Shown: one piece after another, positions 27,101 to 38,399 of the stretch
Layout: the number at the start of each line of letters is the position of its first letter
How positions within the stretch are numbered: the first letter of the stretch is position 1
Assembly: GCA_030704615.1 (NCBI GenBank)
Contig: CM060734.1
Coordinates: forward strand, 15,004,001 to 15,068,000
Length of the DNA: 64,000 nucleotides
Source of the DNA: Takakia lepidozioides
Lineage: Eukaryota; Plantae; Bryophyta
Direction of reading: 5' to 3'
Notes under the pieces: generated by a model
What the model was told of the DNA's origin: nothing
The model's database searches: none
Seen by the model: the letters and a program-made list of their open reading frames with translations, nothing else
Program-made: the position numbers and the translations under genes

Positions 27101-30100
27101 TTCATATGAGTTCTTGGTGATGCCTTTTGGGCTCACCAATGCACCAGCGACATTTAGCACGCTGATGAACAGCCTTTTCCAGGAGTGGTTGGATGACTTT
27201 GTGATCGTGTACATCGACGACATCTTGGTGTACTCGAAAACAAAGGAGGAGCACCTGGAGCACCTCAAAAGGGTGTTCCAAAAATTGCGAGAAGGGAAGC
27301 TGTATGCCAAAGCTTCAAAGTGCGAATTCGGGGTCACAAAAGTGGAGTTCTTGGGGCACGTGATTACACAGGATGGGATCAAAATGGATGACAGAAAGGT
27401 GAGGGCGATCTTGGACTGGGAGCCTCCGACTTCGGTCCCGGGAGTGCGATCCTTCCTAGGACTCGCCTCCTATTACCGGAAGTATGTGAGAAATTTCGCC
27501 AAGATCGCGGGGCCGCTGTCGGACCTTCTGTGTAAATCCAAAGTCTGGGTATGGAACACATTTTGTGGCCAAGCTTTTGCTGAATTGAAGCAGCGGATGA
27601 CGGAAGCTCCAGTCTTAAAAATCCCGGAGTTCGATCGTCCGTTTGAGATTCATACAGATGCATCGGACTTCGCAATTGGGGGTGTACTTATGCAAGATGG
27701 ACGTCCAGTGGCTTACGAAAGTAAGAAACTGAATGAAGTGGAGCGACGGTGGCCGACGCACGAAAAAGAGATGAAGGCGGTGGTACATTGCCTTGAACTC
27801 TGGCGCCACTATGTTGGTTCCAACCCAGTGAAGGTGTTCACGGACAATGTCACGGTGAAGTATTTTGCCACGCAGCCCAAGTTGTCCCCAAAACAACTTA
27901 GGTGGCAAGATACTTTGGCAGTGTTCGACGTGGATATCCAGTACAAACCGGGACGGGACAATGTGGTGGCCGATGCTTTAAGTAGAAAGCAGCAGCTCTT
28001 GTTGGTGTACAAGGGCGAGACGGCGCTCCAAAGGAAGATCCGGAAGGCTTGCCGGAAGGATGAGCTGGCAAAGTGCGTGATGCAGAACTTGAGAATGGGG
28101 GTTAAATCGCAGTTCCACTTGCAAAACGGACTGCTCCGGTATAAGCAAAAACGTCTCTATGTGCCAAAGGGAGGGATCAGGGATAGTCTCTTGAGAGAAT
28201 GCCATGATAGCCCGCTTGCGGGCCACGGTGGAGCCAAGCGCACTGCGGCACTCTTGAAGAAAGAGTATTTCTGGCCCAAACTGAGGGAGGAGGCAGAGGA
28301 GTATGTAAAGACATGCACCACATGCCAACAAAACCGGAGCGAGTATAAAAAGCAAGCGGGGCTGTTACAACCCTTGCCGATTCCAGAGGGGACTTGGGAA
28401 AGCGTCTCGATGGATTTCATGACTGCTATGCCGCTGTCAAAAGGATTCGATGCAATCATGGTGGTGGTAGATAGGTTCAGTAAAATGGCCCATTTCATCC
28501 CCACCAAGGAGACGGCAACTGCGCAGGAGACAGGGCGACTTTACTTCGCCCACGTCTTAAAGCATCATGGAGTCCCGAAGGATATTGTCTCGGACCGCGA
28601 CCCAAAGTTTACGAGTAAATTCTGGAGAGCACTTTGGAAGAAGATGGGGACGAGGCTGAAGATGAGCACCGCCTTCCGACCTACGACGGACGGCCAAACG
28701 GAAAGAGTGAATTCCGTAGTGAAGCAATTCTTGCGGAATTACGTGTCGGCAGACCAATCAGACTGGATGGAACACTTAGACGCGGCAGAGTTCTGTTATA
28801 ATAACACAGAACACTCCGCGACGGGAGTTTCCCCTTTTGTGTTGGTCTATGGAAAAGCACCTCTGGTGCCGACAAGTTGGGCCGCCCAGGACGTTGAGGA
28901 ACCGGCAGTAGCGGCGGTACTGGAAGAACGCGAGCGTTTGTTGAAGCTCGCAAAGTACAACATTGCCAAAGCTAGGAAACGGTATGAAAGGCAGGCGAAT
29001 CGGAAGCGGAGGGAAGTGAAGTTTGAGGCAGGCACAGAGGTCTGGTTGAACATCAAGAATTTTCGACTACCTCCGGAAATGAGTCCGAAGTTCGTACCTC
29101 CGTATGCGGGTCCCTTTCGCATTCGGAGGGTTATGAATGAGGATGTGTATGAATTGGAGCTGCCAGCAAACAGCAAGGTGCACCCAGTATTCCATGTCTC
29201 CCTTTTGAAGCCTTACTTCAAAGATGAAGCACGTCCGAATCGGCAGCAAGTGTTGCGTCCGCCACCTATGCTGTTGGATCATGAAAATGAACCCGAGTAC
29301 GAGGTGGAGGCAATACTTAAGTCGAGGAGGTTCAAGAACCGAGAAACGGAGTATCTCGTCAAATGGAAGGGCTATCATCTTGTGGAGGCATCTTGGGTGC
29401 GTGCCTCAGAAATGGGAAACGCATCCGAGGCAGTTGCAGCGTTCGAAGGGCGACCTCAAAAGCGGAAGAAGCGTTGATGGGGACATCAACCTTGGAGCGT
29501 GGGGGAGGAAATGCATGCTTAGCCCGGTTTAGCTAGCTCAGGAATCCGATTGCAAAAACTTGTATTGTACAAAAATTTGTGATAAAGGAAATGGGTTCCA
29601 AATATTGTGCGTCCTATTGTGTTTGGAATGGTGATGCATGGTGTGGTTGGCTGGTGTGTAGAATGCATGCTAGCTTACAAAAGTGGGAGAGGTAAATTGG
29701 GTTAATCGTGTGTTTGCGCAGTGCCGAAATCGGGTGACTCCCATCCAAGGGGCAAGGAAACTTGCGCCTTATTTGGGAGTTCAAGTGCTAGTGCGCACCT
29801 GGCGCGTGCGCGTACTATAACTGCGCTACCGAGGGGGTTGCCTTGTAGTGCGGGCTAACGCGGAAGCTACGTGCTTCCGTTCACGTACTATAATCGTGTA
29901 GCCTCGGGACGAAGTCGTAGTGCGGCTTCGGCGTGTTCCCGTACCTCAGGCCAGCATTCCAAGGCGGACCCAATTGTAGTGATTGGGGCGCACGGTTGGT
30001 TCAAGGTTATCTTCCTAGTCAAAGAGGGTTCCAGGTGAACCCTTGCTCAAGGTGATGCCAAAAGCGGCATCATGAGCGATCGCAAGCAATGTTGTTGCAG

Positions 30101-31107
30101 TAAGGCGATTCGATCCTCGGGGAGGATCGTTCCTTGGCCTTGAAGTAGGCCAAGAAGAGTGCACTGGGAGGAGCTGGAGAGGCTCCACCCTTGGCCGGGA
30201 CTTGGAGGAAGTCGGCCGAACTAGCTAGTGGAGAGTGGAGTCAAGTGTGGGGTTTGGTTCTTTGCCATGGGACGCCATGGTACGGAAACAAACTCCTTGA
30301 TGTGGGACGCCACAACTTGGATGTTCGTTTCTACAAAATGGACAAGTCGATGAGGACATCGACTCCCTGTTGGTAGGGGTGTGTGTCGCGGCCCTTTGCC
30401 TTGAGGGCAGGGGGTCGGGACACATGAGGGGCTGCCCCTGTGGTGGGGGCAGCGGCAGCGATAGGTATGGGGGGCTGAAGCACCCTTGAGTGCCCAAGGC
30501 ACTCAAGGAGGCGGAGGCGCTCACTAGGTGGAGCCCCGCACACCGGGTTGCGGTGGAGGTGGCTCCACAAGGGGTGGTGGTAGCTTAGTGGGACTTAGTG
30601 GGGGTGGCATAGGACTCACCATGGGGTGGAGACCTCGAGGTGGGAGTCGTGGGGAGTCTTGGGACTCATCACGGTCCATTGGGGCCGCGGTGAGTGGGCC
30701 AAGACTCACCGCGACTCACCACCGGGAGTCGAGGGTTTTCGTGGTGGTTCGCCATAAAATGGCATGGCTGGTTATGAAACCCCCGCGGACAGCTACAGAA
30801 GTATATATAGGGAGTAGTAACCCCGAGAACGGTGCAAGCCCGTTGGTGACCAAAAACTAGTGAGTAAGCGAGCGAGCCGGAAAGCGACCAAAGAGTGGGG
30901 AGCTGTTCCGGACTGCCATCTACCAAAGGGAATTCTCCTAGTCCCAAATAGGTGGAGGGTTTAGAGGGAAGCGGAAGGGGACCGTTATGTCCCGGTGAGC
31001 AGCCGAAACTCCAAGTTGGCCCGGCGGCCAGGTTGGGAGTCAGGCGCGCGCATCAAAGCGAGTAACTATGACTTGAAGGGGAGTTTACCGAACTGAGGTG
31101 TGCGACA
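24136..31107 (+). mobile_element. Intact young chromovirus (Ty3/gypsy, Galadriel-like) nested in the outer gag
   Basis: 724-bp LTRs at 24136-24859 and 30384-31107 (TGTCGC..GCGACA; one mismatch seen). TSD ACCAA. PBS TGGTATCAGAGC (tRNA-iMet) at 24862-24873. Confidence 0.97.
24915..29477 (+). CDS. Gag-Pol polyprotein with C-terminal chromodomain
   Basis: Uninterrupted ORF: CCHC knuckle, LVDTGA protease, RT YIDD, RH TDASD, INT HHCC/DDE, GPF and chromodomain [18 protein letters not shown]. Confidence 0.97.
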   Translation: MGSGKPKRKRNGPKDDDPGEPDGGDVSPRRPFEEAINVSENEAAQEREESEESEPEESLRAPTNQEMPPMPAAFWEGLLAQFGGTLKDVLKAANATSTKAKFKVKPKEPGTFEGVRNRKALNTWLLELEQYFRAAKLSDEDRVEVAPTYLRGYAQQWWQKRLHDRGPSPETLNWSEFKELMKRQFVPLNASWLARDKMRNLKQTDDIRGYVQAFNVLLLEVADMAEPEMVFNFVAGLAPWARRKLEEKPPKTLNEAIERAECFSDVPRGERQGRTELNHKKTRREGDSSRPEKKWDRPRGENGTWKSKGGPSHVKAAPGASKGKAGGATYGGQKATFDGVCFNCGEPGHMAKKCTKPRQLNMTRATTELSEDTISRLVEAVVARTCKVGKFSCELYQETGALRKGSQLLFVDGIISGTNVSLLVDTGASHSFMTPAAARKLGLPTSDVGASIEVRSAKGEPQLATRLAFDVPLQLGSWEGRENFTICEIDGVDLILGMTFLSKSGAVIDGRKRVVTLPCGNGGEVLRVSETPKSVGGRINLLSAKEWAVEETHESQFLLYIREVKGEGDGEPSPDWIKGILEKYQDVMPEDLPSGLPPRRGVDHKIEVIPGSEPPAKAPYRLSHKELVELKTQLKDLMSKGYIRPSKSPYGAPVLFADKKDGTLRMCVDYRALNKVTIKNRYPLPRIDDLFDRLAGAKYFSRIDLRSGYHQIRVAEGDEEKTACRTRYGSYEFLVMPFGLTNAPATFSTLMNSLFQEWLDDFVIVYIDDILVYSKTKEEHLEHLKRVFQKLREGKLYAKASKCEFGVTKVEFLGHVITQDGIKMDDRKVRAILDWEPPTSVPGVRSFLGLASYYRKYVRNFAKIAGPLSDLLCKSKVWVWNTFCGQAFAELKQRMTEAPVLKIPEFDRPFEIHTDASDFAIGGVLMQDGRPVAYESKKLNEVERRWPTHEKEMKAVVHCLELWRHYVGSNPVKVFTDNVTVKYFATQPKLSPKQLRWQDTLAVFDVDIQYKPGRDNVVADALSRKQQLLLVYKGETALQRKIRKACRKDELAKCVMQNLRMGVKSQFHLQNGLLRYKQKRLYVPKGGIRDSLLRECHDSPLAGHGGAKRTAALLKKEYFWPKLREEAEEYVKTCTTCQQNRSEYKKQAGLLQPLPIPEGTWESVSMDFMTAMPLSKGFDAIMVVVDRFSKMAHFIPTKETATAQETGRLYFAHVLKHHGVPKDIVSDRDPKFTSKFWRALWKKMGTRLKMSTAFRPTTDGQTERVNSVVKQFLRNYVSADQSDWMEHLDAAEFCYNNTEHSATGVSPFVLVYGKAPLVPTSWAAQDVEEPAVAAVLEERERLLKLAKYNIAKARKRYERQANRKRREVKFEAGTEVWLNIKNFRLPPEMSPKFVPPYAGPFRIRRVMNEDVYELELPANSKVHPVFHVSLLKPYFKDEARPNRQQVLRPPPMLLDHENEPEYEVEAILKSRRFKNRETEYLVKWKGYHLVEASWVRASEMGNASEAVAAFEGRPQKRKKR

Positions 31108-31112
31108 ACCAA

Positions 31113-32430
31113 GGGGTGAGGACAGAGAAGTTGCGGAGCTTGCAAGAGTTCCAACGGAAGCCGACCGAGAGCTTGAGAGAGGCTTTCACTCGCATGAGAC
31201 GCTTGATAAATGTAACCCAAGGGGTTACGGAAGCTCAGGCAGTCCAATTCTGGTATGGGATATTGGACAAGGAGCTGAGGAGAAGGGTGCGGGATGCAAT
31301 TCTCCTACAAGCGACCCAACCCACCTTAGCAAATGTGTTTTTGCTGGTAGAGCGGATAGAGCTGAACATGGTGGAGGAACGAGTGGTCATGGTGGGATTT
31401 GCTAAGGAGACACCACGGGGTAGTGGTGCTCCTAGCCAACCACTACCTCAACGTGCTCAAGGCAACAAGGGGGCTCATGTGAAGCTCAGGGCAGGGCAGA
31501 GAGGACCTCAGATGCAGGGGTCTCTCCCTTCATTTGCTGGCCAACAACGGGCGGATGTGGTGTGCTGGACATGTGGAGGACCCCATGTCAAGAAGGATTG
31601 CCCAGAAGGAGGCAAAGGGCCGGCACATGCACAGCCTGCACAGTTGCAGTGTGGGCATTGTGGCAAGCACAGGCATGGAGAGGCCCAGTGTTATGGTTTG
31701 CATCCTGAGTTGCGCCCAGGCCAGTTCCAATGGAACAATGGTGGCCGGGGGCGAGGTGGAGCAGCCCAGAGAGGACAAGGTGCAGGCCAAGGGCAAGCTC
31801 AACATGGCCAAGGACGCGGAGGTCAGGGTGTTGACCAAGGCATGGCCAACCGGCTTCAGCAGCTAGACTATCAGACTACGGCCGGATCACCCTACAGATA
31901 GCTCAGTGATGTGAGCCAAGGCCATTGTGACAGACGCGGTCTCGTACGATGTCCTGGTTGGTGGGGCAGTGTTGTACCCCATGGGCTTCACCCTGGATTT
32001 TTGGGAGGAGTCAGCTTTCTATAGGCCTGGATGGCAGTCAGGGGAGGGCCGGCGTGTGCAGCTCCCCTTGATGTTCATAGGAGGAGTTGCGGTTGCCCAG
32101 CGAGGCAAGATGCCGACACTAGCAGCATTCACAGCGGCAGTGAGTTGGCCTGGAGAGTTGCTTGAGGGCAACGCTTATTTAGAGGATACACCACCTTCGG
32201 GAGAGCATGATGACATGTATGGTATGGCGGAGTTGCCTACCATGGTTGCTCAGACTCCATTGTGGGGCACGTGCAAGGATTTGCTGCGGGATGCTGATCG
32301 ACGAGTGCAACAAGCCTGGGTGGAGGCTTTTGTACCGTCAAGAGAGGAGGAGAGTGCGGGGATTGCACCAGGACCACCTCAATTGTCTCCATTGGACACC
32401 ACACCTATTGTGTGGCAGTATCCGGATGAA
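31113..32430 (+). pseudogene. Outer gag 3' part (two zinc knuckles) and truncated protease
   Basis: CWTCGGPHVKKDC and CGHCGKHRHGEAQC. The protease C-terminal half (SYDVLVGG) is present; the catalytic D[S/T]G half appears deleted near 31865. Confidence 0.75.
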
Positions 32431-33390
32431 GGCATTTGTCTTCTGGACTTATTTGGCGGGATCAGCACCGGATTGGCTGCTGTGTTACAGGCAGGTGTAC
32501 GAGTTTGGCGTTACCTGTATGTGGAGAGGGATGAGACTGCACGACGCGTTTCAATTTGCCATGTTGCTCAGTTGGTGCAGCAGTACGGTGAGTTGTTGCC
32601 GGTGTCTGCAGTTCGTGGATATCAGCAGGCCTTGCCAGCAGACATTTCGTTGCTGGGGGCGCATGATTTGGAGCGGGTTGGCTCCATTGATCTGGTAGTG
32701 GCAGGTTGGCCCTGCCAAGGGCATTCATCAGCCGGGCATGGCAATGGATTGTGAGACTCGACGTCGGGTTTGTTTTGGGAGATGGTGCGGGTTTTGCACC
32801 ACTTGCAGATTCATCAAGCTGTATCTCCAGCATACATCTTGGAGAATGTGCCACTGATGGGCGATTCTCGGGCCAGGGTGATGGCCAGTGTGCATCAAGT
32901 CCGGTCGTGGCTTGGGTCAGCAGTGTTGCTAGATGCAGCTACAGTGGGGTCACGGGCTCATCGTCCACGGCTATGGTGGACTAACTTGATGCCACCCGCA
33001 CTGCTCAAGCGTGCATTTGATGGGGTGCAGCGGCCAGCACATCTCACAGTGGATAGCATTCTGGACACAGGGAGGCAGTCTCAACGTGTGAGACACGATG
33101 ACCGTTCGCCTTTGGCAGTGGTCAACAAGGTGGGTCAACCACGAGCAGCATTACCTACACTGCTCAGCTTCCCAGGATCGCATGCTTTCTGGGATAGTGG
33201 ACCTGGCCTCCTGTGGGATGCTCAGTTGCAACAGTTAGTGGAGCCTAATGCTGACGAGCGTGAGCGGGCAATGGGTTTTCCCATTGGTACCATGACAGTG
33301 TCGTCTCTTTCTGAGGCATCACGTCGTCAGGTGTTGGGGCAAGCAATGGATCTCAATTGCTTGACCTGGATTATTAGCTTGGCTATGGCT
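32431..33390 (+). pseudogene. C5-cytosine DNA methyltransferase domain (DNMT3/DRM-like) within pol
   Basis: Motifs I LDLFGGI, IV GWPCQ, VI ENV, VIII HRPRLWWTNL, IX ERAMGFP and X LGQAMD in canonical order; one in-frame TGA at 32752. Confidence 0.93.
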
Positions 33391-33779
33391 GAACAACGTA
33401 GAGTGCGGAGTACACTTCCCTCGATGGTCTCTCTGCCTACCGAGTCAGTACAGGCAGTGAGTAGGGGCGAGCATGTGAAGACCACAGGGTGCAGGCATCC
33501 ATAGCACACGTGGGAGGTGCTCGAGGTTCAGAGGGAGTTGGCAGCCAAGATGGCGGTGAAAGATGAAGTTGGGGATTTTTCTCGGGTGGAGGAAGTCCTT
33601 GAGGATGAGATGATGGGGCAAGATGAGGCCTTGTCACTGACTAAGTAGGTATGGAGTACTGCTCAAGAGGTTACAACATAACAACCACTGGACGCGTCCT
33701 CTACCTCTAAGCCCACTGGACTTAAGGTTGCAGTTACGGAGGACAATTGGGATCCTGACATTGGACCCATTGTCACCGG

Positions 33780-36600
33780 AGGAGAGAGACGACGTATACG
33801 GCGGTTCCTGAGGGCTTATAGGAATTGCTTTGCCTTCAGTTTGAAGGACTTGGGAGCACTGAAGGGTCAAGAGATCCGTATTGAATTGGCCACTGACACG
33901 CCAATCTTTTGGAGACCCTATAGATACAGTGACATGGAGAGGTCTTTGATTCAGATGAGGACTCAAGATCTCTGGGAGGCAGGTTTGGTGGAGCTCTCTG
34001 GTGGAGAGTATGCTTCAGCCACAGTGATGCCAGCCAAGAAGGATGTCTATGGCAATTGGACGGAGAGACGTATGTGCGGTGATTACCGGCCTGTAAATCG
34101 TTAGACCAAGTCCGATAAGTATGTCATGCCAACACCAGAGGAGATCTTTGATGCCATCGGGCATGCTAAGGTCTTTAGCACTTTGGATTTACGATCCGGA
34201 TATCACCAGTTGCCAATCAAGGAGGCGGACAAGCAAAAGACGACATTCTGGGGGATCAATGAGCACGGCAAGGATTGCCTATATCAGTGGCGGTTCTTAC
34301 CATTTGGGCTTAAGAATGCTCCTACATAGTTTCAGAGAGTCATGGATAGGATTCTAGCAGGGGTGGACTTTGCTTGGTGCTACATAGATGACATCATCAT
34401 CTTTAGTATTACGGTGGAGGAGCATGGGAGACACCTTCAGGTGGTATTGGGGCGCTTGAGAGCGCACGGATTGAAGTTGCATCCGGGGAAGTGCAAGTTT
34501 TTCCACAACCAGATTAAGTATCTGGGTCACATGATATATCCTGGAGGATTGGGGGTACAACAGACTAAGGTAGAGGCCATTGCACAAATTCCACGCCCCA
34601 CGGATGTGAGCCGAGTTCGAGCTTTCATGGGGTTGGCAAACTATTATAGACGGTTTGTCAAGGGATTTAGTACCATTGCAAAGGCTCTAACCAAGCTGAC
34701 CAAGGTGGACCAAGAGTGGCAGTGGGAAGATGAGCAAGAACGAGCTTTTCAAGAGCTCAAGGCGAGGTTGACCTCGGCGCCTATCCTGAGACGACCTATC
34801 AGGGGGCGTCCCTTTCAGCTGCATACGGATTGGAGCATGCTAGGGCTTGGAGCGGTGCTCACACAGGTGGATGATGAGGGAAGAGAGTTCGTAGTGGCTT
34901 ATGCTAGCCGCTCGAACGACGCTGCAGATGCTAAGTACAGCTCATATGAGGGGGAGTGCTTAGCTGCAGTGTGGGCCGTGGCACACTTCAGGTGCTATCT
35001 ATACGGCAATCTTTTCACCCTTGTCACGGATCACCAGCCACTCAAGTGGTTGATGGAGTCAGACAAGCTTACGGGGAAGCTTGCACGGTGGGCACTCATA
35101 CTCCAGGAGTATGACTTTCACGTTGTGCATCGACCGGGTTTGGTCAATCGGGATGCGGATGGATTGAGTCGCAATCCATGCACGAGCCAGCAGGATGACA
35201 CTGGAGCTCGGTGGCATGGTGAGCCGGACGAGGAGATGGTGCCGGGATGGCACGCATCTGCATTTTTGTGTATCTTGGCATCGGGAGGTCAGGTTGGACC
35301 TACAACAGGGATGACTGTAGACGGAGTGTGTGAGGACCCTGAGGCTAGTGATGAGCCAGGTGGTGCCAGAGATATACATGAGGATTCGGCTATGTTGGAC
35401 TACCTCTGCACGGGAGACACGGCAGCCATTGTGACTACCAGGGAGAGGGATCGGATCCTGCAACGAGCCAAGAGGTTCAAGTAGGAGGGGATATACCTAC
35501 TTCGAGTGTGGGAGGATGGTCGGGTGAGGATTGTGTCTCACCCCACATAGCGTGCACGGTTAGTGCGGCATGCCCATGAGGAGTTGGGGCATTTTGGAGT
35601 GCGACGCACTCACAGTTTACTGCAATGGCAGTATTGGTGGCGTGGTATGCATACAGAGGTGCAACAATTCGTGGCTAGGTGCATGGTGTGTGACAGGGTG
35701 CGTGCCTCATTCAACACCCCTACACCACAGTTGCATCCTTTACCAATCATGGGATTGGGCTACAGGTGGAGTCTTGACTTCGCAGGACCGTTGCCACTGA
35801 CTATGCGCCACCACAGATATGTGTTGGTGATGGTGGAGCACTTCTCCAAGTGGATTGAGTTGGTTCCATTGCCTGACAAGGCTAGTGAGGGGGCTGCGTA
35901 TACATTCTTGGATTGTGTGCTTAGCCGATTTGGTGCTCCAGCTGAGGTACTCACGGACCAAGGGAGAAAGTTCTTGAGGGAGTTTCAGGCTTTGTGTGAT
36001 AAAGCCTTGATAGACCACCGCACCACTTCTCGGGATCATCCTGAGGCCAATGGCTTAGCAGAGAGAGTTGTTCAGACGGTGAAGAGGGGTTTGCGCAAGT
36101 ATGGCTTGCAGAAGAGACACCTAGGAGATTGGAAACTTCAGGTTCCTTGGTTAGCCATGGGCTACAGGTTCAACAAACAAGCATCACTTGCCTCATTCTC
36201 ACCATATTTCCTTCTCTTTGGCCGAGAGCCGGATTTGCCTGCAGCCATTCGTAGGGACACTGCTCAAGTCCTTAACCTTGACGATCCGGACGTGTGGGTA
36301 CGTGCATGTGATCAGCGTGCAGAGTTATTCAAGAAAGTCATGCCCATGGCTTTTGAGAACCTTGCCATTGCACAACACCGTGATACGTTGAGGTATGCCA
36401 CTATACATGGTGGAGGATATCGTCCTGGGGTTCGGAGGTTTAGCCCTGGTGACTATGTTTATTTGTAGCAGACTGCTCCTACGACTCTGGATGTTACTGC
36501 AGGGCATGTTATTCTGAGGGTTCGAGAGGTGTTGCCCTCAGGGGTCCTGATCTTGGAGGGTCGGGATGGCATGACTTGGAAGGACCATGTGCGTAATTGT
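33780..36600 (+). pseudogene. RT-RNase H-integrase of the outer element
   Basis: [30 protein letters not shown]; HTDWS..DGLSR; H..GH..C..C, LDFAGP, LTDQG, NGLAER. In-frame TAGs are present. Confidence 0.95.
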
Positions 36601-36672
36601 GCGCCATGTCACCTTCCCAATGTCGATGGCAGAGTTGACCCAAACTTGGCAGTGGTACCTGCAGGTTTGAGG

Positions 36673-36816
36673 TGCATGCTCTGTGGGTCTGCCAAAGGGG
36701 CAACCACCATGCTGGTATGTGATCGATGCTCAAGGGGTTGGCATATGGGATGCTTGAAACCACATCTTGAGAAGGATCCTGACGGAGATTGGTTGTGTCC
36801 ACACTGTTTGGGATAG
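36673..36816 (+). other. PHD finger at the integrase C-terminus
   Basis: CMLC..MLVCDRCSRGWHMGCL..DGDWLCPHC, a complete C4HC3 pattern. Confidence 0.92.
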
Positions 36817-37076
36817 TGGCAGTGGACATGACTGGAGGCAGCTAACAAGACATGGGAGGCTAAGCTCATAGGAGTCAATACATGAGATCCCAAGCTCAAG
36901 TTCACAGGTTGCAAGACGGCGACTAACGATGGGGCAACTCTTGCACCCGGCCTCTTGATCTATCGAGTTTGAGTGTAGTAGGGATAGTGGTGGAGGACTT
37001 AGTGAGGCTATGGTTACTATCACATCTTGTGGCTACCTGGACTTAGAGGGACCTAAGCACCAGCTAGGGGGGCGAT

Positions 37077-37782
37077 TGTGTGGACTAGTGACTGCCATAG
37101 TGGGCAGCATAGTGGCAGCCTAGTGACTGCCTAGTTGTAGCCTAGTGGTTGGACTAGTAGCTGGACCAGTGGTGGACTAGTGATATACTAGTGTGTGGCA
37201 TGCACATGTGTTGTGTGGTTTTGGACAGCGATGTAGTTGTGTAGCGATATGTATGCGTACGACAGCTGTCAAGTTATTTTACCACTAGTGTGAAACTGGC
37301 TAGGAAATAGCTAGCTTTTACATATTGACATTTGGGATTGGCCCAAGTGTCAATCCAGGGGTCAAGGCAGATTTAGGCCCTGGAGTGGTTATCTTCACGG
37401 CAAGCGCGGGAGGCTCATCTTTCTCGAGTTGAGCCTCACCGCGCCTAGCTATGGCGCCGCAGTATGGATTCCCCATGGCGTGGGGTGCATTTGGCTTGAC
37501 TTGTATTTGAGTGATGAGTTTATATATGCATGAGTTTATGCTTCAGCTTTGTGAGCTCGCATGAGCTTGTGCTTGTATTCTTCTTTTTTATCATTGTGTG
37601 GACTAGTGACTGCCATAGTGGGCAGCATAGTGGCAGCCTAGTGACTGACTAGTTGTAGCCTAGTGGTTGGACTAGTGGCTGGACCAGTGGTGGACTAGTG
37701 ATATACTAGTGTGTGGCGTGCACATGTGTTGTGTGGTTTTGGACAGCGATGTAGTTGTGTAACGATATGTATGTGCACGACA
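37077..37782 (+). repeat. Repeats B1 (37077-37264), A2 (37267-37593) and B2 (37595-37782)
   Basis: B1 follows the PPT AGGGGGG (~37066-37072). B1 and B2 are 188 bp with about 6 differences. The B1-A2 junction is GACA-GC-TGTC. Confidence 0.95.
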
Positions 37783-38050
37783 TATCCCTCACCGAGTCAT
37801 CCGTTGCAATTGCCAACACATCACAGTACTGAAGTGTTCTTCTTTCCGCACCGATCTGGTAACGGAAGATGGCTTTCTCTGGGTGGGTGTCCGCAACGTC
37901 GATACCCCAGTAGTCGATACTCCTCTTTAGCTTGTAGAAGCCCTGATGATTTGTTGTGAATCCTTCAATGTGCGGGTATATGAAGACACCGGCAATCTCA
38001 GCGCTCATCACAGCGAAAAACACCCCATTAATATAAACACCAAATAACAA
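37783..38050 (-). pseudogene. 5' part of the same interrupted ORF
   Basis: In-frame reconstruction across the TATC TSD. Confidence 0.6.
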
Positions 38051-38100
38051 CCAACAGAACGGTCTTTCAGAACCGTATGGAGGTGTGTCTCAATTCAAGG

Positions 38101-38347
38101 ACGGAAGATCTCCCGTGATCAGCAAAGAACAAGACCACCAACATGGATAATTCAGATTGTCAATATGACAAATGCAATACCTGAATACAAGGACGGGAGA
38201 TCTCCCGTGATCAACACAACACATAAACAACAACTTGGAGGATTCAGAACGTGAATAAGAATAGTAAGTACTGTATAAATCAAAAACCCAGGGGTGCTTC
38301 AAGTACACCAGAGATGTACTTCAATACAAAGACGGGAGACCTCCCGT
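38101..38347. repeat. Three ACGGGAGATCTCCCGT-type palindromes (further copies at ~18775 and ~19170)
   Basis: Directly visible; the copy at 38193-38208 is a perfect 16-bp palindrome. Confidence 0.85.
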
Positions 38348-38399
38348 GATCAGCTCACAAAACGCAACCCCACCTACCATCTATGGTTTGCTAGAATCT

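Larger units (their letters stand above)
20293..37782 (+). mobile_element. Ty3/gypsy-type (non-chromovirus) retrotransposon with DNMT3-like methyltransferase and PHD finger; split direct repeats A1..B1A2B2
   Basis: Termini TGTCA..CGACA. TSD TATC at 20289-20292 and 37783-37786. Gag, PR remnant, DNMT, RT (YIDD), RH, INT and PHD occur in order, with several nonsense codons. Confidence 0.9.

Noticed and set aside
32431-33390. Bacterial restriction-modification gene or contamination
   Set aside because: It is in frame within a retrotransposon pol, bounded by a TSD, and DNMT3-like.
20293-37782. DIRS/Ngaro tyrosine-recombinase element, suggested by the split repeats
   Set aside because: It encodes gypsy-type RT/RH and an HHCC-DDE integrase and has a TSD; no YR motifs are visible.
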